From: Eledone cirrhosa
Lineage: Eukaryota
Direction of reading: 5' to 3'
NCBI GenBank assembly: GCA_964016885.1
Contig: OZ024742.1
Coordinates: 32,612,001 to 32,676,000 of the forward strand
DNA: 64,000 nt
Position numbers and translations under genes: made by a program. The notes beneath the pieces were generated by a model. That model searched no databases and was not told where the DNA came from. It worked only from the letters and a program-made list of their open reading frames with translations. Numbering within the stretch: the first letter of the stretch is position 1; each line of letters opens with the position of its first letter. This document shows positions 52,047 through 64,000 of the stretch, in pieces.

Positions 52047-53979
52047 TTAATTAGGTTTATAATATTTAAATGTTTTTTTTAGTTTATGATTACACGATAT
52101 AATTAATTCCTGTCGTTTATTTAATAAGATATCCTTAGATTTCATTATTTCAAATAGTTCTTGGGAACATAATCTACATTCATTTCTATTATTTTGATAA
52201 GGGGTGGCTCTTTTGAGCACACTCCAGGTCAAATCATATTCTATATTCTTATTTTTATAACTATTGATTTTTTCTGCTAGAGATGTTGTATTAGCCAGTG
52301 CGGCATTTTTAAAACTATGCTTGTGGGTATTAAACCTTGTCTTAAAATTGTTAGAGGTAGCTCCTATATATGAGCAAATAGAATCTTTAGTTTTAACATT
52401 ACATTTATAGACTATGTTGTTAACAAGACAATTCCCTTTTAATGGGCAGTTTGCTTTGTTTCTACAGTTACATCCTTTCGTTAATTCTGTATTTGAGGAG
52501 ATATTATGGTTAATTTGATGTACTGGTGGTATACTTATGGTTTTCTTACATTTATATGCATTATAGGCACTTATATTTTGTTTTATGTTATTTGTTGTAG
52601 AGTATGAGAATTTAACTGTAGACCTATTTAAGATTTGATGGTATTTGTGGTTTGGCGGGAAGTTTTTCTCTAGGATATAAAAAATTTTTTTAGCAATATT
52701 ATCCTTAATTTGTAAATTAAATGGAGCATTATACCAAGTAACCCGTCTATTACGGTTTCTATGTTGTTTATTATTTTTATTATTTTTATAGGTTGTATCG
52801 TGATTGTTACTAGGAGGATTAATGTTAATGATCTCACCACAACCATTTTTAGTTATATTTGTAGATTTAGGTGTTTTATCCTTTTTATTAGGAGTTTTAT
52901 TATTAATATTTATTAGAGTTGTATGATGAGTAGTTTTTTGAGAGTTACTATACTTTATATTAGAAGATTTGGTATTTTGGGGTATAGTGTGGGTGGCATT
53001 TAGGTGTGTACTTTTCATTTGGTGTTTGTTGGTAATATTAGGTTGTATGCTTTCAGTATTTTTAGTAGAAGGTATATATTCTAATCTATTTTTGTGGCCA
53101 CTTCTATCTAGAGCTTCGTTATAGAAGGTCGCATTTTTATCAAATACATCTTGGTTAGAAGAAAGGTTAGAAATTCTAAGTGATATATTATATGCAAGGT
53201 TTTTAAGGATAGATTTAGGGTGATTAGATTGTGAGTGTATGTAATGTAAGTTTTGGTTAGGTTTATGGTAAGGTTGGTAGATACCCGTAGCTAAATCTAA
53301 AGTTATATCTAGGAAATTTACTACTTTACTTGTTTTTTCAAAAGTAATATTAAGATTATAATAGTCTTTAAGGAAAGTTCTAATATGTTTTTTGTTTTTT
53401 TTCAATTTCTGAAAGGCTAAGGTTGTTAGAAAGAAGAAGACAGTCATCACGATATAAACCACCTTTGAGGTGGGGAAAAGAGGCATTTATGTTGAAAAGG
53501 AGAAAGAGGCCCACAAGATCAGTAATTTGGGCGGAATCGCTTGAACCCATAGTAATATCAAATAGATTACTATATGTGTTTCTGGTCCAGTATTCATTCT
53601 GAAATTCAATAAGTGTTAGTCTAGCATGTGTAATAATATTAATGTCATCCAAAGTTAAGTTAGATCTATTTTTAGCAAATATCAATGCTTTGTTCAGGAG
53701 TATAGGTGATATAGAAGAATAGTAATTATCTATATCAAATTGTAGAAATGAAGCAGAAGATTTACACCTAATATTTTTAAACCAGTTAATTACCTGGGAG
53801 GTGTTTTCCCAGAGTGGTAAAATAACGTGTTTTCTTATTTGTGGGATGACTCTATCTAAAATTTTTTTGCTAATTATTCCAATATCTGATTTGGAGGGAC
53901 ATATAAGTCTAATAGAAGGATTTGAGTTAAAGTTTGATTTGTGATCCTTCAGGTTGAAGTGTGGTCTTTTCAATGCCAA
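52047..53979 (-). pseudogene. Penelope-like RT + GIY-YIG endonuclease ORF, one frameshift
   Basis: FDIDNYYSSI, MGSSDSAQITDL, YRDD, NFLDITL, SNHP, CNCRNKANCPL, IVYKC..YIGATSNNFKTRFNTH. The frameshift lies in an A-run at ~53388-53403. Confidence 0.92.
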
Positions 53980-54151
53980 AGGTTCAGTTCTATCTTCAAT
54001 GTTTAGTTTTTTTACTATGTTGTGTGTTTTGTTGTTGATGTTTTGTTGTTGTATATTTATATATATATATTTATATATATTTATATATATATATTTATAT
54101 ATATATATATATTTATATATTTATATATATATATATATATATTTATATATT

Positions 54152-54246
<95 letters not shown>

Positions 54247-54257
54247 ATATATTTATA

Positions 54258-54303
<46 letters not shown>

Positions 54304-54390
54304 CGTAGGTCCCGGGTTGAGTCGGGGATAACCACAGTAAGTAAGGTACTCAATACATGGCAGAGTAAAATTTTTTTATTTTATAGAAGG

Positions 54391-54441
54391 AGCTTCTACA
54401 GGACTAGTACTGTTTCATTCAGATGAAATCTTCAGGAAGCT
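54391..54441 (-). ncRNA. Complete type I hammerhead ribozyme (family B), left arm
   Basis: AGCTTC-CTGAAGA-TTTCATCTGAAT-GAA-ACAG-TACTAGTC-CTGT-A-GAAGCT. Confidence 0.82.
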
Positions 54442-54997
54442 GGGTGTCATATTAAGTTCTGGTATTTATACATTTAGGTAGTGGCAAGGGAGGGTGGTGG
54501 ATGGGGGGGGGGGGGGTATTTAGATACACAGGACCACTACATGGCACAGGCCGTTTTTTCTATGGGGAGTGGTCAATTAGCCAGAGTGCTTTTTTGAAAT
54601 AAATAAATAAGTAAATAAATAAATAAATGAATATATAAATAGATAAATGAATAAATAAATAAAGAAAGAAAAAATAAATAAATAAAGACCCCAAGAATAG
54701 TAATTCAACAGATATCTGTTGAATTACTATTCTTGGGGTCTTTATTTATTTATTTTTTATTTCTTTCTTTATTTATTTTATTTATTTATTCATTTATCTA
54801 TTTATATATTCATTTATTTATTTATTTACTTATTTATTTATTTCAAAAAAGCACTCTGGCTAATTGACCACTCCCCATAGAAAAAACGGCCTGTGCCATG
54901 TAGTGGTCCTGTGTATCTAAATACTCCCCCCCCCCCATCCACCACCCTCCCTTGCCACTACCTAAATGTATAAATACCAGAACTTAATATGACACCC

Positions 54998-55048
54998 AGC
55001 TTCCTGAAGATTTCATCTGAATGAAACAGTACTAGTCCTGTAGAAGCT
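54998..55048 (+). ncRNA. Complete type I hammerhead ribozyme (family B), right arm
   Basis: 6-bp stem I AGCTTC/GAAGCT, 4-bp stem III ACAG/CTGT with palindromic ACTAGT loop, GUA triplet. Confidence 0.82.
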
Positions 55049-55074
55049 CCTTCTATTAAATAAAAAAATATATT

Positions 55075-55106
<32 letters not shown>

Positions 55107-55112
55107 TATATT

Positions 55113-55145
<33 letters not shown>

Positions 55146-55368
55146 ATATATTTATATTTATATATATATATATATATTTATATATAGGAACCAGTAAGAC
55201 CCCGACAGCTGAGCTCAAGCCGTTTCGACGGCTAATTAGCCGTCGAAACGGCTTGAGCTCAGCTGTCGGGGTCTTACTGGTTCCTATTACCCACTCTACT
55301 ACCTCAAGTATTGAGTACTTTGGTGCGTTATGGTCCACCTGGTTCCTTACCACATTTCCTTCGTTATT

Positions 55369-55401
<33 letters not shown>

Positions 55402-55470
55402 ATATTTATATATATATATATATTTATATATATTTATATATATATATTTATATTTATATATATATATATT

Positions 55471-55507
<37 letters not shown>

Positions 55508-55522
55508 ATATTTATATATATT

Positions 55523-55610
<88 letters not shown>

Positions 55611-55620
55611 TATATATATA

Positions 55621-55666
<46 letters not shown>

Positions 55667-55708
55667 TATATATATATATATATTTATATATATATTTATA
55701 TATATATA

Positions 55709-55751
<43 letters not shown>

Positions 55752-55769
55752 TTATATATATATATATAT

Positions 55770-56620
55770 CACTAAAAATGAAAGGCAGGTTGTACGATGC
55801 CTGCATACGAACAGCAATGCTGCATGGCAGTGAGACCTGGGCATTGTGTGCAGAGGATATACGCAGACTAGAGAGGAACGAAGCTTGCATGCTCCGCTGG
55901 ATGTGTAACAGTAATATACGTGAACGGCAAAGCATAAACGAACTAAGGAAAAAATTAGAGATAAGAGGGATCAGATGTTGTTTACTCGAGAGAAGGCTAC
56001 GTTGGTATGGACACGTGATGCGCATGAAAGTCGATAGCTGTATAACAAAGTGCAGGGCAATAAAGATAGTCGGTAGTCACGGAATAGGCAGACCTAGAAA
56101 AACCTGGGACGAGCTGATAAACTCCGACATCACACACTTACACCTCTCCAAGACAATGTCACTGGACCGAGACCTTTGGCGGTACTCAGTAACAGAGAAG
56201 ACCCGCCTTACCTAAATATATAGTAAAACCTACTCCAGCCAGTAGGCATCTCTAACAAAATACACCCCGCCCCACCACCACCACCCCCACCCGATCCACA
56301 CCACCCCGTTCTATGTAAAGTTATGTTGGTGCCGCGCCATCGAGGCCGAAACAAATGAGATCGTGTAGGTGTCACGACAAAAAAACACACAGTCCACGCT
56401 GTAATGTGGCCGTGTAGGCAACACGGTAAAAACCTCCCAGACCCACACTGTAAATGTGGTTGGTGTTAGGAAGGGCATCCAACTGTAGAAAACCTGCCAG
56501 ACAGTCCTATGCGAACAAGACAATCACTCTTGCCTCAAGTGGGACTACCCCCGTCCAAACCCATGCAAGCGTGGAACACGGACGTTAAACGTTGATGATG
56601 ATGATGATGATGATGATGAT
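55770..56620 (+). mobile_element. 5'-truncated RTE LINE, near-identical to the 30-kb copy
   Basis: [23 protein letters not shown]..; small insertion at ~56208-56235; (GAT)n tail. Confidence 0.92.
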
Positions 56621-56673
56621 ATATATATATATTTATATATATATATTTATATATATATTTATATATATATATT

Positions 56674-57051
<378 letters not shown>

Positions 57052-57335
57052 TATATATAGCGGCGATGAATTAGTTTTGCGAGGTTTTTTATATGAAATC
57101 GTGTGTCGAAACAGATATTGTTATACTTGGGGAGGGTCATATTTGCGTAATATTGCCAGAATTAATAACAGAACACACTCACTGTTTGGTTGGTTTTCGC
57201 TTCTCGCTGTCTTTTATTATATCTGCGATCTAACTTACTCGGTCCTCAATGTTGCCATTGACTGACCGGCGGTCAAAAATAATACAGATACAATATAGAC
57301 ACAAACACATATATATATATATAGTTTACATAATT

Positions 57336-57378
57336 TACATAAATCTTTCGTTGCACATCTGCAACATCGTCAGTGGTG
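57336..57378 (-). ncRNA. Minimal hammerhead ribozyme (family F) in PLE 3' UTR
   Basis: CACCA-CTGACGA-T-GTTGCA GATG TGCAAC-GAAA-GATT-TA-TG; stem I is weak. Confidence 0.65.
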
Positions 57379-57658
57379 TTATATTCATTGTTCCTCCTGT
57401 TGTGTTGTATGTCTACGCCATTTTTTTTTTTGTTCAGTCTGTCTATATATTTATTTATTTATTTGCTTGTTTGTTTATCTTATTTTATTTGTCTTTTTTG
57501 CGCATTAGTTTGCGTGTGTGTATAGTGTTATGTGTGATGTGTGACTAGTGTGTATAGTGTTGTGTCTGCTGGGTGACTAGTGTGTGTTTATGTGCTTGTT
57601 GTTATTGTGCTTGTGTATGTATTTATTTATCTTATTTTATTTAATTTTATTTACTTAT

Positions 57659-58922
57659 TTATACTTCTCTTAGGTCAGTGTTGTTTGTTTGGGTGTTGTT
57701 GTTGTTCCACTCATTCTTTCTGTTTAGCTTTGGTCTTCTAATTTCTATTTCACTGGCCTCTCTGATTTGCCTATCTGCTGGGTCATTCCTATGTTTAGAT
57801 ATTATTCTAATTTCTATGTTGTCTATGTTACCGTCATGTTGTTGTCTAGCATGTTCGTATAGTACTGGCCCGTTTTTTCGTCCTTTTAGTTCCCCCCAGT
57901 GTTGGTCTATCCTTTCACCTATGCTACGAGCTGTCTCACCTATGTATGTTGTTGTCATGTTTCTGCAAGTACCCTCTGTACATCTTATGCTATAGACTAC
58001 GTTTCTAGTTTTACAGTTTATCCGGGGGTTCACCTTACATATGATACACTTCCTATTGGTACAGTGGGTTTTCTTAAAAGGGTAGGTTTTGCTGATCAGG
58101 GATTTTATGGTGGTTCCTGGCTTTTCTACCACCTTTATTTTTAAGTGGGTCTTTCTCAGGGCCTTTCTACACTGGTTAGCTAATTTCCCTCCAGGGGTGG
58201 CGTCCACAAACATGACACTCTGATATCTCTGGTTGTCGTACCATGATGTGGCCTTCCCTATCTTATGTCTAGCCCTATCTAAGCTATTCCATGATTTGCT
58301 CCTGTATAGTGGGCAGATTCCTTTCATGTCCAGTTCTATGAGGGTCTTATACTTTTCCATGGCTCCTTCGTATACTCTGACTCTGTCTCTTTGGTTGTAG
58401 CCAGAGAACTGCATGCGGTTGATGAAGTGTTGGATGTGTCCTTGCATTTCTGTTGGGTCGCACATGCTGGACACATTCTTCATCACTCGTACCAAATCTG
58501 CGATCAGAATGTTAAACTTAGCACTACTGGACATTGCTGAGTTTTTGAGTATCAGGTATTTGGAGGCCATGGGTTTAGCATAGTGTGAGTGGAGAATTTG
58601 GGCTCTCTCGTCTATAGTGTTAATCCAGAGTTCTGTGTCTAATACAGGTAGTCTATTGTTAGGGTGTTTGGAAGGGAAGTCTATAGTTACAGTTATACTC
58701 TGGTGTATGGAATTAGCTATCTGCTGGATGCTTTCCATCGTGCTACGTTCTAAATCAAGCTTGTTAGTGCTATCTAGTGGGGGTGTTCTTATAACTATAT
58801 TGATATCGTCTACATAACGAGAGTACATGATGAGGTCTATGGAGCTTTCATTAAGGAGATCTTTAAGTCTCCTTTCCCACCATACCATGAAAAGGTTGGC
58901 AACACCCCCACTAGATAGCACT
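57659..58922 (-). CDS. Penelope-like RT (C-terminal half) + GIY-YIG endonuclease, open frame
   Basis: VANLFM, YSRYVDD, LPVLDT, SGY, CTNRKCIIC, NVVYSIRC..YIGETARSIGERIDQH, EASEI..PKLN. Confidence 0.92.
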
Positions 58923-58924
58923 AA

Positions 58925-58966
58925 ATATATATATATAAATATATATATATATGTATATATATGTAG

Positions 58967-59008
<42 letters not shown>

Positions 59009-59317
59009 ATATGTGTATGTGTGTGTATATATATGTATGTGTGTATGTATGTGTATGTATGTGTATTTGTGTGTGTGCGTGTGTATATATTTATGTGTAT
59101 ATGTATCTCTATTTATATATGTATATATGTGTATGTATATCCCTTTATTTATGTATGTCTGAGTTGTGTGAGCGTGTGGTAGTTTTTGTATGTATATACG
59201 CATACATGGATGTGTATGTATGTGTATATATGCGTATATGTATGTGTGTGTGAGTGTGTATATGTATGTCTATGTATGAGTATGTATGTGTGTGTATGTA
59301 TGTGTGTATATATATGC

Positions 59318-59377
<60 letters not shown>

Positions 59378-59459
59378 ATGTATATATATATGTATATTTA
59401 TATGTGGGTATGTATGTGTATGTGTGTATATACATGAGTGTGTTTATATAAGTGTGTAG

Positions 59460-59511
<52 letters not shown>

Positions 59512-59816
59512 TGTGAATGTATATATATATATGTATGCGTGTATGTGTATATATATATATGTGTGTGTATATGTGTATATGTCTATGTATTTATATGTGT
59601 ATATGTATGTGTCTCTATATGTATGCGTGTGTGTATGTGTGTGTATTTATATGGTGTGTGTATGTATATGTATGTGTTTGTGTATATGTGTATGTATATG
59701 TATGTATGTGTATGTATATATATATATATGTATATGTATGTATATCGATGTATATTTTATATTTTACTTGTTTATATATGTGTGTGTATGTATATATATG
59801 TATATATGTATATATA

Positions 59817-59858
<42 letters not shown>

Positions 59859-60800
59859 CTTGATATATTTCTTTTTTCTTTTTCTTTTCTTTTTATTTCT
59901 AAATTTATAGATACATTTATAAATAGGCAGTCTGCTGACACCGGTGAATACTGACCTCTTCTTCCCCCCCCACCTACTTTCTGTATCTGGATCTAAATAT
60001 GTGTGGCAGTGTTTATGTGCGCGCATTAATGTCCATATGCTTATGATAATAGTATATACACATATATATGTGTGTGGGAGTGTATGTGTGTATGTATGTT
60101 CGTGGTTGTGTGTATGTTTATGCGTATACGCGCGTGTGTGTGTGAATGTACGTATATGTGTGAGTATATGAATGTGTGTATATATTTATTTTATATTTAT
60201 ATGTGTATACGTATTTTATCTGTAGATTATAAACATACAGAGACATTAGCCTTGAATTTTTGTATTTACATACATCTTTTTGGCATGCGTATGCATGTGA
60301 ACATATACACTTTATGCATATCTGTGAACGAAGTTACTTACATATATATACACACACCTAACTGTATAAACTTTTTGTATTTTCATTGGTCAATTTGAAC
60401 TCTGTTCCCAAACAGACCTGTAATTTTGAATTGTTGTTATTATCAATAAATATATTTCATTATTTCTGAAGACGGCATATATATGTGTTTGGTATGTATA
60501 TTTAATTTTGATAGTTTGTATAATTTTGTACATAGATCTGTTGAATATGCATGCCAATTCTAACACATATATATCCTAGAAACGATCGTTAAATAATGAA
60601 CTTTTTTTGTTTAATATAAGGAACTGTTTCATTGTTTTATTCATTATTTTTTTAATATTTTATCTTGACTCTGTATTCCGTTTATCTTTCACCGAAAGTG
60701 ATTTTTCATTGCATCTCTTCTTTCCATGATATCCGGATTACATTGAGTTCTTCATACGGATTGGACACTACCGTAAACTCTTGGTAGATTTATCTACATA
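58925..60800 (+). mobile_element. Second, diverged copy of the 3' region of the 47.8-54 kb PLE, opposite orientation
   Basis: Reverse-complement similarity to 47823-~49400; ends GTAGATTTATCTACA(TA)n. Confidence 0.85.
60456..60600 (+). ncRNA. Hammerhead ribozyme family D
   Basis: TTCATTATTT-CTGAAGA-[106 nt]-GAAA-CGATCG-TT-AAATAATGAA. Confidence 0.75.
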
Positions 60801-62211
<1,411 letters not shown>

Positions 62212-62730
62212 AAGACCGGATGCCCATGGGAACTCCTGTATGCTGATGACCTCGCACTCATAGCTGAATCTATGGTAGAACTAGAGAATAAATTCCAAAC
62301 CTGGAAGCAGGGACTAGAGAGAAAGGGCCTCAAAGTCAACATGACAAAGACTAAGGTCCTTATAAGTAGACGAGAAAACAGAACCCAGATCCCCTCAGGG
62401 AAATGGCCTTGCTCAGTATGTAGGAAAGGTGTAGGTAGGAACTCCATTCTTTGCCCCAAATGCAAACAATGGGTACACAAGAGATGTAGCGGGATCTCAG
62501 GAAGCTTAATTAAGAATGTAGGATTCACATGCAGCAGCTGTGCTGAAACAGCAAGCAAACAGCCACAGGAAACAAGTACCACCAATCTCTGGGAGGGCCC
62601 TGTAGAAACAGTAGACAGCTTCTGCTACCTAGGTGACCAAATTAGCAACGGAGGTGGGTGCTCAGAAAGTACAATAACTAGGGTAAGAACGGGATGGAAG
62701 AAGTTTAGGGAACTACTACCACTGCTAGCT
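62212..62730 (+). mobile_element. RTE LINE fragment (second subfamily), cut by assembly gap
   Basis: [38 protein letters not shown]. Confidence 0.9.
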
Positions 62731-62930
62731 NNNNNNNNNNNNNNNNNNNNNNNNNNNNNNNNNNNNNNNNNNNNNNNNNNNNNNNNNNNNNNNNNNNNNN
62801 NNNNNNNNNNNNNNNNNNNNNNNNNNNNNNNNNNNNNNNNNNNNNNNNNNNNNNNNNNNNNNNNNNNNNNNNNNNNNNNNNNNNNNNNNNNNNNNNNNNN
62901 NNNNNNNNNNNNNNNNNNNNNNNNNNNNNN
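62731..62930. other. Assembly gap (200 N)
   Basis: Run of N. Confidence 1.
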
Positions 62931-63291
62931 AATATGTGGTGGGAAGCACGTGTGTGTGGTTTAAGCGTGTTGTGGGTGGCGTGTGGATAAAAAAATTTGT
63001 TTTGGGATGTGTGTGTGGGTGAGTTATATAGGTGATGGTGTTAGAGGATGGTTGAAAAGTGGTAAGTTACACGGATGTATGGAGATTTTGGTTGGAAGTC
63101 AAAACGCGTGTGGGTAATCCAAGAAGCGGTGGTCGGAAGAGGAGAGATGTGGGGTGCGCGCGCAACAGGAAGTGGTCAGCAGTGGAAGTGCTGTGGTCAG
63201 TGGGTGCTGAGACAGTGGTCGGAAGGGCATAGCAGCAGTCAGCGGAATGGTAGGGAGGCGAGGATGGGTAGGTGTGAGAGTTGGAGTGAGG

Positions 63292-63334
<43 letters not shown>

Positions 63335-63872
63335 TAGTAGGGGTGTTAGTGGGATGGGTGTGTGTGGTTCTATGGAGGGAGTGTGGTGTACTGGTGTGTG
63401 TAGTTTGGTGAGGAGGTGTTAGTGGGTGTTAGTAGACGGGAGGTGGGAGGGGTGGAATGCAGGTGTGAGTGGGGGTTAGTGGGGGTAGGGTGTGTAGAGT
63501 TGGTGGTGTACGAGGGTGTGTGGGTACGTGTGCGTGGGGTTGGAGGGTGTTAGTGATGTTAGTTGCGTGTAGGGTGGGTGGTGTAAGTGTGTGCGTGTGA
63601 TAAGGAGGGGGGAGGAGGAGAAGAGGGGAGGGAAGGGATGTTAGTATGTTAGTTGGGGAAGGGTGGTTAGATGAGGGGTGGAGTGGGGGTGTTAGTATTG
63701 TTAGTGTGGGGTGGGCGGTGAAAAGGAGGGGTGTGTTAGTGGGGGATAAGTGGGGGAGGGGGGCGGTCGAACGCTAAAGGAATAAGGGTGGGGAGTTCAG
63801 GTCGGGGGGGGGGGGATATATTTATTTATATATATTTATATATATATATATATTTATATATATATTTATATA

Positions 63873-63917
<45 letters not shown>

Positions 63918-63921
<4 letters not shown>

Positions 63922-64000
63922 TCATCATCAACGTTTAACGTCCGTGTTCCACGCTTGCATGGGTTTGGACGGGGGGTAGTTCCACTTGAGGCAAGAGTGA
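63918..64000 (-). mobile_element. RTE 3' end (continues beyond window)
   Basis: (CAT)n-CAACGTTTAACGTCCGTGTTCCACGC, same as 44398. Confidence 0.85.

Larger units (their letters stand above)
47823..54051 (-). mobile_element. 5'-truncated Penelope-like element (CxCx5C linker, Hydra-clade-like) with ~4.2-kb 3' region
   Basis: RT + GIY-YIG ORF at 52047-53979, same-strand hammerhead at 48020-48173, both ends abut (TA)n. Continuity of the microsatellite-rich 3' region is inferred from the homologous copy at 58925-60800. Confidence 0.75.
57060..58922 (-). mobile_element. 5'-truncated Penelope-like element (Cx4CxxC linker, Neptune/Nematis-like)
   Basis: RT + GIY-YIG ORF, 3' UTR with hammerhead, (TA)n on both sides. 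Confidence 0.9.

Noticed and set aside
62931-63817. G/T-rich strand-skewed segment and ORF 63075-63422
   Set aside because: Low-complexity sequence directly after an assembly gap; likely poor-quality contig end.

Overview
Repeat-dense, AT-rich animal DNA, most likely an octopod cephalopod judging from the tRNA-headed SINE families (recognised from memory, no database search). The only host gene I can support is a + strand UCH-L1/L3-type ubiquitin C-terminal hydrolase: exon 1 at 15447-15497 (MASECKQFWIPLESNPE) and a 12-nt microexon at 32358-32369 (VLNK). I found no exon 3, so everything after 15.5 kb is probably intron. The rest is (TA)n/(TATG)n microsatellite, a 5.9-kb 29-38-bp minisatellite, and retroelements: RTE, CR1-like, R4-like and CRE-like LINEs, a Gypsy-like remnant, SINEs, a piggyBac-type MITE and two Penelope-like elements (PLEs) with RT and GIY-YIG. 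The main hidden signal is about 20 type-I hammerhead ribozyme motifs (CUGANGA...GAAA...NUH) of at least six sequence families. Most sit in short non-coding fold-back cassettes embedded in (TA)n. Two families link directly to the 3' ends of the PLE ORFs in this window. Unusual variants include a ~110-nt stem II, a conserved C-C mismatch in stem II with covarying flanking pairs, and an extra core nucleotide. All structures were folded by eye, and repeat boundaries are approximate.
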